DNA from: Tubulanus polymorphus
Lineage: Eukaryota; Animalia; Nemertea
Reading direction: 5' to 3'
Assembly (NCBI RefSeq): GCF_964204645.1
Contig: NC_134027.1
Coordinates: 23,708,560 to 23,772,559 of the forward strand
Length of the DNA: 64,000 bases
Position numbers and translations under genes: made by a program
Notes under the pieces: model-generated
Seen by the model: the letters and a program-made list of their open reading frames with translations, nothing else
Told to the model about the DNA's origin: nothing
Databases searched by the model: none
Shown here: positions 25,130 to 38,700 of the stretch, piece after piece
Numbering within the stretch: the first letter of the stretch is position 1
How the letters are laid out: each line of letters starts with the position of its first letter

Positions 25130-25815
25130 GCTCCCTCTCTCTCTTGACCCGTTCCAAAACACGGCAAAACATGGCGATAACATCGTGTCACGTGACTAGT
25201 TTGTACGCCAAAGCAAGTCACATGACCACATATTTCAAATATTCGCCCGTTATTTTTAGAATCGATTGAATTGAAAGTGGCTTCAATTTGAAATATGAAA
25301 ATCTATCGTTTCCTATGAAGATTTATTGAGGTTTTATACTGAAAACTGTGCGAAAATTAGAAATAAAAATTGTGGTCTTCTTTTTTCGGCAATAATGGAA
25401 CGAGCATGATATCACTTTGATTTTGCATCGATATCGTGACCATTTAAATCATATTTATGATTTAAATCAGTGATATTTTGGAAATAGCTTTATTTTATAT
25501 AAAACCACAATCAGATTCAATGTTCAATAAAAACACTTGAATTGTATTTTGATGGTTTGTTTTTTGGGGATTGGTATATGTGATCAGAATATTCATTCGT
25601 GATATTGAATCCGGTTCTTTAGAAACATATTTTGTATAACGTCATCGGTTCAAGTTCATCGGTATTTTGTGCTAGATGGGGATAAATAAAGTCTCAGTTG
25701 AATTGAATTTGGTCACGTGATCAAACCCGGAAGACACATACTTCCGGTTTCGGACGCCACGTAAAATTTAGTATTTTTCCCGATAAAAACGAACTTTTTC
25801 GGCCCGGTTTTCACG
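25130..25815. promoter_or_regulatory. Divergent (bidirectional) promoter region for ZNF507 and DAD1
   Basis: Head-to-head genes. GTCACGTGAC E-box (~25187) and GTCACGTGAT (~25712), inverted ETS pair CCGGAAG...CTTCCGG (25727-25747), AACATGGCG YY1-like motif (~25168). Confidence 0.6.
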
Positions 25816-27876
25816 ATGCCCGAATCAATTTTCTCGGTGGTCGGCAAGTTCTACGATGAATACATGAACAACACGTCGAAAAAACTGAAAATCATCGATT
25901 CGTATTTGTTTTACGTGATGTTAACGGGAATCGTACAGTTCGTCTACTGCCTGCTGGTCGGTACATTCCCGTTCAACTCGTTCCTGTCCGGATTCATTTC
26001 GTGTGTCGGCACGTTCGTTTTGGGAGGTAATTTTGCTCAGTTACCGGTCTGCGTTTTAGGCAGGGACAGGGTTCCTACTGGCACTGCCCCTCAAATTACA
26101 AAATCCATTTTTGAGGGTACAAAATCTGAAGTGGCTACATTTGCGGCGTCGTAAATTCTATACTTATGAAGGTTTTATATTTAATTTAGGATTATGGTCT
26201 AGAGGGGAGAGGATTAGTGTCAAGAGCATGAGAAGAGGGTCCAAGGGTTAGGGTCTGTTTAACCTCATAAGGATTGGGGTAAGATGAGGCTATATGTAGT
26301 TGAAACATTAGCCTGGTTTTCAGCGAGCTCGGTGGTCTAGTGGTATGATGCTACACTAGTAATTTACTGGCCCGGGTTCGAGTCTCGCTCGATCCGCTCT
26401 ATTTTCTCTAACTCTATTCTCCACACTTGCCTTAAATTTTCTAAGTCGCGCAACTAGTGCGCATGCGCAACGTGAATTAGCCAATCAGAATGAAACGTCG
26501 TAAATATCGCTAGTGTCGTCCGTCTACGGCTTCGTAAAAATAGCCTGAGCGTACAAAATCATTCAAATTCTGAGTTTAATAGCCCTTCCTCTTGGCCCCT
26601 CAAACCCTGAAAATTGTTTCTCTCAGAGAATTTTGTATCGCCTATTTCTAAAGAACCTTTCTTCATACATTCTCTCAATGTACACCATGAATTGTAGAAT
26701 GTAGTGAGACAAAATAAATGCATTGTGATGATAATCACAGTAGTTGCTTTAATTGCACACTGGATTGGTATTTTATCGTCTTGGTAGCTAGATTGGTTTA
26801 AACACAATGGTCATAAGCGGGCCATGCGAAAAAAATCAGGGACCAGTTGCTCAAAAGTTGGTTGAGCTAACCGGTGTGTATCCTAGTTGACAAATGATAG
26901 CGACAATTGAAATCGCATTTTGTAATCCGTTGGTTAACTGGCCCCCGCTCCTAGCTGTCTGCTCCTAGCACACATGCTCTCCGCGCAACATTTTGTTGCA
27001 TAATTACGTTATTTCATTAATGATAATCAGTTGATCTACTTTTATTATGCATCTACAACTCGTTCGGTGAGGAATTTACATCTCGAAATAAACAGCAATT
27101 TTTATCCCAAAACTGTAATGCACTTGGGACTTGAGTCAATACAAAATGATCCTGGGATTATTTTCCTTCCACATCTATGCAACTGAGCGTAGGTGATCTC
27201 AACTGCTAAACTGAAGTCATTTAGGGCCTGTAGAGAGAATCCCACAATGATAAGAAAAGTCCGAAAATGTAACTTCGAGATAGTAGATTATTTCAACGTT
27301 TCGACTATATCTGATTAGTCATCTTCAGGAATAATGAGATACTACAAAAATTATGAGATATATATACAATCCAGAGACAAAGAGACTAATTCAAGTAATC
27401 AGAGATGATACAAACTAAAGAAAAATTAACGTAGAAACAGTTACACGCTAAAATAGATAAAAGGGAAACTAACCAAAAGGTTAATAATAAACAAAATTTT
27501 CTTATCATTGTGGGATTCTCTCTACATCGCGTCAACATGGATATAGTGTTCTATCAATCATGATCATTTAGGGCCTAAAATTTATATTTAGAGACAACTG
27601 AAAATACAAATTTTCCTCTCACGTATTGCCTCTTCAGCACTTAGTATGGATACAAATGTATTATTTCTAATGCTGTCAGTTTGTGTAAATGAAAGTTAAT
27701 TTAAAGTAGAGAGAATCGACATATTTTCCATTTTCTGATTTTCAGTGTGTCTACGGCTACAAGTGAATCCTCAAAATAAACACGATTTCCACGGTTTGAG
27801 TCCGGAGCGCGCCTTCGCCGATTTCATCTTCGCCCACGTCGTACTTCATCTCGTCATCATTAACTTCATCGGTTAA
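25816..27876 (+). CDS. DAD1: DAD1/OST2 oligosaccharyltransferase subunit (113 aa); coding exons 25816-26026 and 27746-27876
   Basis: [43 protein letters not shown] joined by a GT-AG phase-1 intron to [12 protein letters not shown]...[25 protein letters not shown]. 211+131 nt = 113 codons + stop. Probable 3'UTR intron 27903-28633 and AATAAA at ~28733-28743. Confidence 0.97.
26325..26400 (+). mobile_element. tRNA-derived SINE head / tRNA pseudogene in DAD1 intron 1
   Basis: A-box TGGTCTAGTGG and B-box GGTTCGAGTC at tRNA spacing, but no proper acceptor stem. Confidence 0.55.
27230..27563 (-). mobile_element. Non-autonomous Penelope-like retro-insertion with hammerhead-like motif
   Basis: 13-bp TSD TCATTTAGGGCCT (27217-27229 and 27564-27576); 29-bp inverted segment (27230-27258 vs 27497-27525); CTGAAGA-stem-GAAAC motif on the minus strand. 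Confidence 0.7.
27288..27334 (-). ncRNA. Minimal type I hammerhead ribozyme-like motif
   Basis: Minus strand reads TTATTC CTGAAGA T GACTA atcagata TAGTC GAAAC GTT GAAATAA: CUGANGA and GAAA cores, 5-bp stem II, TTATT/AATAA stem I, minimal stem III. Confidence 0.55.
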
Positions 27877-27934
27877 AACAGGTCGTTTTACAATCAAATC
27901 GGGTGAGTGTTGGGCGGGGAAGGGAAAAATTTTC

Positions 27935-28224
27935 TTAACCATTTCAGTGCGTCTACACCGCTGTGCGGTGTACGAATCAGTGATGGATTTTGCTAATACA
28001 CCGCACTGCGGTGTATTGATTTAATTAGTAATTACTAATTATCTCTTGAAACATGGCAGCACCTGTTAAACATAGTGTAATATTAGTAACGATATACCGC
28101 GCCAGGGTGTAGACGCACTATAGTGCTATTACCGTTATTCAACACACTAGGGTGGAATTTTTCAGAATTTTCAAATTATCTTCAGCACTATAGGGTATTA
28201 ATTAGCCAGCACTGAAAGGGTTAA
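27935..28224 (+). mobile_element. piggyBac-type MITE, full length, in the DAD1 3'UTR intron
   Basis: TTAA|CCATTTCAGTGC ... GCACTGAAAGGG|TTAA. Confidence 0.88.
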
Positions 28225-29198
28225 GCCGAGCCCCCTAAAGGAATCTAGAACTTTAGGTGCAAAGCCCTTCTGAAAATCGGTTGTACTGTGAACTCCTGTG
28301 AGTTTTGAGCGGGAACGGGAAGATTTTGAAATTTTCCGAAGTTGAGCCCGCTATAGGAATCTAGAACTTTCGTAGCATAGCCCCATCGGAAAATAGATTG
28401 TACTGTAAACCCCAGCATCCATCTTAACAGCCTGCGACCATGCCTAAAGATATTCGATCATAGTTTCTGGATGATCAGTTTTTGAAATTGTGCTGATAAA
28501 ATGTCTAAGGCTGAAATAGATTGTCCGTTACGTGCAAAGATTTTATGGACATTTCTGGAAAAATGACTCTTTATACATGTTTGACTGTATTTCAAGTTTT
28601 TGGGAACTGAATTTTTTTTGGGTTGTTTTTCAGGAATTTTCTACAACAAACATTGAACGACCATCAACATTTCTCTACAAGATCAACATTTGAACGGAAT
28701 CGAAAAAAAAAACAAATATGCATTTTACCGAAAATAAAATAAAAACGTGGCACATCTACTATTTATTACTGTATATATGACAAAAAAATCTCTTTCTAAA
28801 ATTATGTATTGCGCCTTTTCAGGCACAAATAATAAAAGTTTTCAAGGAATTTTCATTCTCTAAGTTCTTTTTGTTTCATCTCAATGTCAAGGATTTGTCA
28901 ACTCCTAATTCCTACTCATGACATGACGATACTGTGGCCAGTCATGGCTTAGATTTAGGACACAACGCAAGACTGGTCTTAATCACAACTGTGCCCAGGG
29001 GCTGGTTCCATAGTTGAGACTTTAGTTCAAAAGTGGTCTTAAATCTTGAGGTTCAATTGATAGATCTGCTATGATTGAAACTAAGTTGATCTTAGACTGG
29101 TGCTAAATGCAAGCCATGACTGGAACTGGCCCGATCAACTACCCATGGGATTGGACCAGAAGAACGCCTTCCAATACGACACATCAAGGGATCCAACT

Positions 29199-29576
29199 AA
29201 GGCAAGGTTTACTGTGCCCGTGAATAGAGTATTTTCTACAGGGTCCCTACGACTCCTTGACAACTCCTAAACCAAAAGTTTTTTTCACATGAGCAAAAAT
29301 CCTTGAAAACTAGAATTTTGAGAAAAAGGCAATTTGAAAATGTCTAGGTTTTAGGCCTAGTCAGTAGTCATACACACAGATTCCATGGAATTAACTGGTT
29401 TAGGCGGTTATTGAATAAGAAACCGAGTTTAGTTCGTGAAAAGGATTATAGTCGCTGAATTAACAGTACCGATTTAGGAGGAGTGTTCCATAATTGGGAT
29501 ATGAAACTAGATATATATGAAATGTTCTCCTTGAAAAGTCCTGGAATTCTGGAATGACTGATCTGTAGGGACCCTG
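29199..29576. mobile_element. hAT-like MITE with 5-bp TSD, in the INTS8 3' region
   Basis: TIRs CAGGGTCCCTAC / GTAGGGACCCTG; TTCTA on both flanks. Relatives at ~19245-19560 and 42225-42631. Confidence 0.8.
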
Positions 29577-29752
29577 TTCTAGTTACTGCAAGAAGCTCGA
29601 AAATATAAATAAAATTGAAGTAAAAACTAAATTTCTACAAATATTTACAGTTCTTTACTCGCATTATCGACTACTCTGAAGTGAGAGAGAATTTAAGGTA
29701 CAAAAATATAATGGGAAATATTTCATCCAGCCAGACCAATCTTGATTCTTTA

Positions 29753-32700
29753 TCATAAATATTGTTTCGCCATCGCGCGTAGGAACTTCTGTTTTCTGAC
29801 CGCAGCAGCAGCGTTCAGTACAGTTTCCATGTTACTGTTATTGAGATCGGGCTGAGCAACCGCTTTCAACTGTAAGAGAAATATATTGAAATCAGGTACA
29901 TGTATTTGCAGGTTACGAAGTCTGGACAAACACTTCTTTAAAGTTGGATGATAAAATCTGCCTTAGGTAAAATCCTGAAGACATGCGAAGTGTGGATGAA
30001 CACTTTTCGATTGTGTACTAAAAGGTCGTCATTTACAAGGATCTTTGGTAAAGTCACGAACGGATGTGAATTTTTGACCATCAAAAATCAGAACAATAAA
30101 TGAAGAAAGGATAAAATGTTCGAATACATGATGAGTTCAGTGGCATTTATGAAAAGTTGAGCTTTTTAACTATGTATTCATGTAATTGTTAAATACTTAC
30201 AGCCTTTTGTTTCTGTTCTATTTCACCACGTTTATTGTGTAAATCTAAACATATACTAGTTAAAAAAAAAGGTAGCGTTGATGACCGGTTTTGAAAGTAG
30301 ACACTGATGAAATGTCCGTCCGGTGTGTGTAATTTCCAATTGAAAATGTTTCATGAGAGTACTGAACGCATGTGGCATGTGGACGATCACTTCTCAAAAA
30401 TTTGCTGATAAAATGTCTAATTTCTGGAGTTTGCAGTTCATTTTCAATTAAAGATGTCTCAGAAGTACTGAACACGTGAAGTGTGGACGATCAATTTTTG
30501 AAAATTTTGATCAATTTTTGAATGCGCACTGCTGACATAATGTCTAATATCTGGTGATCGATTGGTGTTCATTTGCAATCAAAAATCTGAAGTCCTGAAC
30601 ACGCGTGAAGTAAGAACAATCACTTTTCAATTGGCTCAAAAAACGTCTAATATCCAGCGCTTATACAGTGCAAACCTCGTTACAGCGAACTTCACGGGAC
30701 CGGAAAATGAAATCATTACAGCCAAAAGTTTGTTATATAAAATTTTCTTACTTTGGACTAAATTCTATACCGGTATTTGGTATATGCGATGAGTTCAGGT
30801 TCACTGTAACAATTTTCACTTAACGTCGTTTTCAATTCAAAACAGATTAAGGTGAAGCGTTGAACGCACGAAGGATCCACGATGCTGATTGACGTCTGCG
30901 CAAATATAGACGCGGTGTTATAAAAGGATACGGATCAGAAATTCTAATACGGTTATATCCCAGATACAATCGTAGTACGTATCCATAGCGTCGTAACAAA
31001 CTTTCTCTTGTAACGATTTGAACGCGGTCGTGTAGTCGACGTCGTCCAAAAACTGGCACAAAACAGCCACCTGCAAAAACATACTCGCTGCTTAGACTTA
31101 ACAAGAACGATACCTTGTTTCTCCATGGCGGCCGGGTCATTTTTGTAAAATATTATAAAATTTGTTATCAGTTCATGTTCAGTTCAGTTCATTTCTATAG
31201 CTGTCTGGGGTCGGTCGCTCAAACGTTGGTTAGAGTTAACCAGTGGATAGTTGATATGGTGACAATTGAAATTTCATCGTTACTATGGTATTTAATGGCC
31301 GGTTATCTTTTACCAACTTTTGAGCAACTGGCCTTTGGTCTGTTATGGTATAGTAAATCACGATTATGAAAAAAGTAATGTACAGGGTAGATAGGCAGCC
31401 AGTCGGGTCAATTTTAACGCTCAGCTGAGAAACAAGGTATCAATTTTTTTAGCCCTAATTTAGGAGCTTTTTCGAGCCAAGTAGTGATAAAAAATAAACT
31501 TACGAAAACTTTATCCACTTATATGTTGGAAGTTAAGATTTGACTCTCAATTCAATTCATCGGGAATTAACGAATTTGAGTCAAGTCCTAACTCAACTTG
31601 TCAACTCTGACCAAATCGAATTGCTTAAATTTCAACACAGCTTCTGCATTAAGTCAGAGCTTCACAATAAAGGCAAATTTGTCTTGTCAAATCATTGTGA
31701 AATCATATTCGATTTTCCTAATTATTTGCTATCACGTGTAGTCTAATCAAACAAGATTTGCACACCACGATAAATTTGAGGTCTCGTTCGAAACGACTGA
31801 CAAGAAAATACTATCCTATCATAGGATATAATACCGAAATTCACTCATAGGCTATGAATGAATTTCAGTTTCTCTTTAAGCTGTGACCATTTATATCAGT
31901 TTTTCAACAAAAAAAATTCATGATTTGATAAATCGATTTGAATTTGATGCCAGGATAAATACGATTTTACTTAAAATCAAACTTAATTTGACGTGATAAA
32001 TTCCCCTTAAATAGCATAAATAATGGATCAAAATATTTTCACGGACACTTTTCGTACATTTTCATGACCTATTGCAATACGACGCCCGTTATTTGGTATT
32101 CCGAGCGATTTCAAATTACCTGCGTGTGACATTGCAAATGCGTACAACATCGAATCATGTTTTTATAGATTTGATCGTCGTACACCGACTTCGGAACGGG
32201 TATCGTGAAAAAGTCGGACGCGACGACTCCGGCTTCCAGGTAATAACGCAGCGCCGGCGTGTACTGAGCATTAGCTGTAATGATAAAAATGTCCGTTACA
32301 CTCATGCGAAGTGTGGATGATCAGTTTTTGAAAGCGCGCTGATAAAATATCTTTATAACGCAGCACCGGCGTGTACTGAGCATCAGCTGTAACATTTCGC
32401 ATTTCTTGAAAACGCGCACAAGATTTCTAACTTGAAGAGTAATACAAGTCACAATTTGCAGAAGCGTTCATATTTCATTCGGTTGGCACTGAACATGGGT
32501 TTGGAGCCTTGCCCCAGGAAATCTTAAGCTTAGATGTGGCCTGCTGCCAGTACGATGCACCCCTCGAACTATTTGCTGTCTGTACTATGCACCCTCTCAG
32601 ACAATCTGCCGTCTGTACACTGCACCCGCTCAGACAATCTGCTGTCTGTACCCTGAACCCCCTCAGACAATCTGCTGTCCGTACCCGGCACCCTCTCAGA

Positions 32701-35700
32701 CAATCTGCCGTCTGTACACTGCACCCACTCAGACAATCTGCTGTCTGTACCCTGAACCCCCTCAGACAATCTGCTGTCTATACCCTGAACCCCCTCAGAC
32801 AATCTGCTGTCCGTACCCTGCACCCTCTCAGACAATCTGCTGTCTGTACACTGCACCCGCTCAGACAATCTGCTGTCCGTACCCTGAACCCCCTCAGACA
32901 ATCTGCTGTCTGTACCCTGAACCCCCTCAGACAATCTGCTGTCTGTACCCTGCACCCCCTCAGACAATCTACTGTCTGTACCCTGAACCTCCTCAGACAA
33001 TCTGCTGTCCGTACCCTGCACCCTCTCAGACAATCTGCTGTCTGTACACTGCACCCGCTCAGACAATCTGCTGTCCGTACCCTGAACCCCCTCAGACAAT
33101 CTGCTGTCTGTACCCTGAACCCCCTCAGACAATCTGCTGTCCGTACAGTGGACCCTTTCAGACTATCTTTATGAATGGCCCCTGTAGACAAAAATTAATT
33201 CATTACCCGGTAACCCACTCGGCAATGCCCTTACATTTGTATTCAAGAAAGGAAAATGAATTTGCATGAACTTTATTGAACTCACCAAAGTAAATATCCG
33301 CCTGAGTTCGCAGCCACGACGGCTGCCGTGGAAACATGTTGAGACTGTGTTTAACGATGATGTCGACGGCGTCTGAAACAGCTGCAGTATTCACATCAGC
33401 GGCGCTGCAAAAATAAAAAAAATAACATCGAATTATCAATTTAATTGAATCGATTCAAAATCAGGCAACCATCCTGAATCGTGAATTAAACAATCCTCCT
33501 CAATCCATTTCCACTTTTCATCATCTAAAATTAAACACCTGGAACCAGTTTCACAGTTTAACACCTAAACCGCCTCGAGCTGATTCCACAGTTTAACACC
33601 TAAGCCACCTGGAGCTGGTTCCACAGTTCAGAGTAAAGATCCAAGGCAGAAATTTGAAATTCACCCAGATTTACTTGGTTATAAGTGAACGCCGCTGACA
33701 TGTTCACTCATCAAATACTCGAGAATTTCTAATAGGAAGATGTCAATTTCTGAACCGAATTGGACGTCTTAGGCGTTTAGTTTACCATAAGCTGTTAAAT
33801 TTGAATCCCACTGTCACCGTTGTTGCGCAGCAGACGAAAAAGAGTGAGGCTGGATTTGAGTGGCTTGAGGAGTAATAGGCAGGGTGGATATAGGCGGATT
33901 GAGGAGTAATAGGCAGGGTGGATACAGGTGGATTGAGGAGTAATAGTCAGGGTGGATACAGGTGGATTGAGGAGTAATAGGCAGGGTGGATACAGGTGGA
34001 TTGAGGAGTAATAGGTTAAGCAAGTTTGTATAAGATGAATTTAAGAATTTCAACAGTTCTCGGTAAGAACTATCGAACCAGCCTCGCGTGTTCTGTACGT
34101 ACTTGTTCAGAGCGTTCGGTAATAAAGACGTGTAGTCGGCTACGATATCGATTCTCAAATCCGTCTGCAAAGAAAAAAGATTCAAAGCAAAACCTGAATT
34201 CGAAGCGAGCAGGGATGCGATGAGGTGTCGTCTTTCGCAGGAGATTTACGATGTTAACTCACACGAACTAAACCGTACAATTTCACTAAACACGAGATCA
34301 CTAACGACAGAACTGCCGGTTCCTGAAAAAATGAAGAAACAAAGTATTACTGAGATATAACTGGTAACTATTCATTCATTGTCCACCTTAAAAAGTCTAT
34401 CACCAAATTTTACCTCAGAACCAAGAAGATACAAGACAGATACTGAGTTAGAGTTGGCGAAATAATGATCATTTCTTCGCGCACAACAGAACAAGAGTTT
34501 AACCTTTCCCTGTATATGACGAACTGGGCTCGTCAATATAGTATTGGATAGCACTAGTCACCACACATCATTATAATTCGATGTACACGTACCACAGTGA
34601 GACAACTTAGTTTCGATTTTTTTCTGAAAGATTTGGAAACCTCGCCAGTTGGTTCGGGTGGTTGGCCGGCTGGCGGCGCCAGGTCATGCATTTGCTATGC
34701 TGCCACATTTTCACGGTGGTCGGATTTTAGAAATACTTAGCATTTCTAGGTATTTCCATCAAGAAGACACAGGGGCAAATCCACGGGGCATTGTAAGACT
34801 TGTAAAAGTCCATCAAAATTTTCTTAGTGCCATTTCCTATTTTGTCAACAAAGATAATAGGAGCATTCCAGTGCGATAGTGCCCCTAATATATCCTTTTT
34901 GGACATACAAATACCCTTTTGGGATGTGACAAGTCCTGCAAAACTGGCCTTAAGATTTACCTGCGAAACTTCATAATAGGCAAGGCCATCTCAAAAATTA
35001 ACGGTTTTTGTTTTATTCAAATCGCTTTAATTTTTTACGCCGGGACCCCAACACCACAATTTAACCACACACTCATAGCGAAAGGGTCGACTGAAGACAA
35101 TTTTACTTGTAGAGACAGACAACTCATAAGATTAATCTTTGAAAAAAAAGACTTATAACGATTACCGGTACCTTTAACGATTGCACAAAGTCCATAAATT
35201 GACCACGAGGCATCAGACTGGGTACGCTTTCGTTTCGCTGACCTCCTCGTTTGTTCGACGTGTGGTTCTTAAACATCGGAATCACTGAAAAAAAAAACGC
35301 GCCAAAAGATTAATCAACCCTTCGGCTGCTTAGTGTTACCGAATCACAGCGGCCAAGTATCGCAGGCTTAGACGCGAGGTCGCATCAGAGTTTCAGAAAA
35401 AAATTGAGCAAGAGTTTTAGAAATACAGGAGGCGCTCTCTTCCTCTGGTTAAGTTGGGACTGGTAAAATTCTACCCCGACTTGGTGTCAAATACTGAGTA
35501 AGAGTTAGTGAAATACAGCAGCCTCTGTGTCTCATTCGGCATAGTTGCGTCTGGTAAAATTCTACCCCGAGTTGGTGTTAAATACTGAATGGGAATTTGA
35601 AAAATACAGCAGCCTCTGTGTCTGATTAGGTAAAGTAGGGACTGTTAAAATTCTACCGCGAGTTGGTGTTAAATACTGAGTAAGCGTTTGAGAAATACAG

Positions 35701-38700
35701 CAGCCTCTGTGTGTCTGATTCGGTACAGTTGCGTCTGGTAAAATTCTACTCAGAGTTGGTACAGCTCAGACATTCGGCACACTTAAGGTATTCTACTACC
35801 GAGCTGATGTCAAATACTGAGTATTTCTAACCAAATAAGGCCACACCTAGGCCTATTCTGGTTGTATTATCATCGCTAATTACCTGTCTCCCATAAAGCT
35901 TTAGCCGGTGGACGAGCGCTCTTTAAATTCGGCAGTTCTCGACAAGCTTCCGACAGTAAACGCGACAACTGAAAAGGACGAAAAAAAATTTGTTTTAAAA
36001 TATAGACTAATCTACCAATATTGGGTCGTCTGAATAGTGAAATTTGAACAGAAATTAAGAACCATATCAGACAATATTGTCCTTCAGTTTGTCAGGATTT
36101 TTTTTCAAAACTAACCAATCAGAAAGGTCATTCATTAAAACAGGGTGTAAGAACTGGTTAAGACAATTCGAGCATTCTAAAATTTTGATTGGTCAGTTCC
36201 ACCAAAATATCGACCAATCAACAAGGCTTACAACTGGTTATTCCAGTATTTTGTTTGAAGCGTCCAACGTCATCCGAATCCGCACAAGCTCTCACACGAA
36301 TTCAGCGAATTACGAATTCCTACCTCGAGATACGGATTATCGGAGTTGGACAAGTTGCGTAGATAATCCCAGTCTCGTATGTTTAACAGGAACGCAGCGC
36401 ATTGTTTGATTACCTCGCCGCCCGGATACATGTCTGCAATAAAACAACGAGCGAAAACAAATCATCAATGCCATCTGAATCTCGAAAAACAAAGAGAAAC
36501 ATTATTCCCCATTATTGACAAAGAATTTGAACATAAACCCACAGCTTCAGAAATGAACCCTCTTCCATAATCGTTAGTTAAATCAGGCTCTTTTAGAGAG
36601 TAGTTTATACGTCGTGATGACGATTGGTACTGGATCCTCTAAGAGATATAACTGATTCGAATTAAACCCACACAACTCTGGAAATGGATCGATTCTATCA
36701 GGGTCGAATTACACCTGCACAACTGTGGAAATGGTGTGTAAATGGATCCATTCTTCCATGGTCATTATCGAAGCCACACAACTGTAGAACTGGATCTAGA
36801 GACAAACTCACCCAATTGTGGAAATGGATCGTATCTAACATGGTTGAATTGAACCAACGCAACCGTAGAACCGAATCCAGAGACTAATTAAACTCACACA
36901 ACTGTGGAAATTGGCCCTGAATTAATTTCATGTATATAACTGTGACCTGAATCTTGACTGAAATTGAACCGACAAAACTGTCGCACTGGATCCAAAAATA
37001 AACTCAAAATGATTCAAAGTTTGTTTTTCATCAATAGCCGGTATTCCTCACTTACCAGAGTCTAATCTGAGACTGGTTACAGCCGGTATTCCTCACTTAC
37101 CAGAGTCTAATCTGAGACTGGTTATACAGGTTTTGCATCGTTTCACCATGTCCTGCATACTGGTCGTATCGGGCACCTCGCCGGTCTCGTGAAACTCTTC
37201 CAGATCGACGACCAACGACTGATAGCGGATCAATTTGCATGATTTATACGACACGTCCTTGATCGTAGCGTCTGCCGCCGACAGCAACGATCGCGATTTG
37301 TCGAACAACTATCAAAAACGAAGGGAGAACATTTCACGTATTTTGAAAGGTCGAAATGAACAATCCGACGATGAGGATATTTCAAATTTTGTTTATCTAA
37401 AAGTTTTAACCCTTACAGTGCTGACTAATTGACACCCGAAAGTGCTGGAGATAATTTGAAAAATTCCACCCTAGTGTGTTGAATAACGGGAATACCACTA
37501 TAATGCATCTACACCGCGGTGCGGTGTATCGTTAGTTACTAATATTTCACTATGTTTGACTAGCGCTGCCATCTTTCAAGAGAGATAATTACTAATCACA
37601 TCAATACACCGCAGTGCAGTGTACTAGCAAAATCTATCACTGATTTATACACAGCACTGCGGTGTAGACGCACTGAAAGGGTTAAGAGATCTAAATCCCG
37701 CCTTCAGAGAAACAGTTACAAACGTTATTCTTTCACGATATCTTTCACAAAATCGCATTCATTTCTGTTTCTCTGAAGATGTAATACAGACGGTATTCGA
37801 AATTTAAGGTGAATTTTCAAGAAAAATTGCTGATAATTGCCTACATCGGACAAATCACTTAGAGGATTTTTCAAATTCCCGACAGTTCTGTTTTATTCAC
37901 TGTGTAAATCTTCATTTGTAAACATTTCTAACTTGCAAGACTGAATTATAGGAAGACTTGAACTAGACCGAACTATTTTCATAAATGAAATGAAATGAAA
38001 CGATCCCGCAACAAAGCTACGGTAAATGGATTTCCAAATGAAATGTTTCCCAGGGTAGAAGAAACCCCATCAAATTCTGAAATATTTCCAATATCGTTTT
38101 GAAATTCTCGATTTGCCAGTCAGAAAGTGAACAATCAGAGCATTCGAACATACCTGAATTTCCATACAATGTTTCGCTTTAGCGACGAGAATGAAAGCGA
38201 TGACCGGTAGTTCACCTTGTAAACTAACCAACAGCTGAGACACTTCACGAGGCACAAACCACTGAAACACGATCGAAACGACAAAATCTACATTCTCCAG
38301 TGTAAGATGTTTTGGTAAACACAAAGGCAGGATAGAGTGTTTTATCTTTACTCCGGGATGCGAAGGCATTGGTTTGTTTCAGACTGGCACAGTACTACCA
38401 GTTTCTCAGCAAGAAATAACCTTTTAACTAGCTACACAGGAAAAATAAAGAGAAGGAGAACGAATAATTGGGGGTACCTGGTCTGATAGAAGACTCACTA
38501 GCAAGTGCTCCGGGTCCCTTTTGCCTCCTCTCCACATTGGAATTGAGTATACGTGACCTAACGTATGACTCTGGGACCTACGTATTTCCACGGTTTCTCA
38601 TTACAATTTAAATCCAAGTTTAATCTCTCAAAACTAACTTATTTTAATTCGCAGAATAGCCGTGTTTACAATAACGAGACGAGTAGTACAGGTTAACTAT

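Noticed and set aside
26325-26400. Functional tRNA gene
   Set aside because: A and B boxes are present but the acceptor and anticodon stems do not pair convincingly; treated as a SINE head or pseudogene. The 24520-24590 segment is even more degenerate.
32509-33191. 221/187/137-aa repetitive ORFs as a repeat protein
   Set aside because: Products of a 33-bp intronic minisatellite that is open in several frames; INTS8 splices across it in frame.
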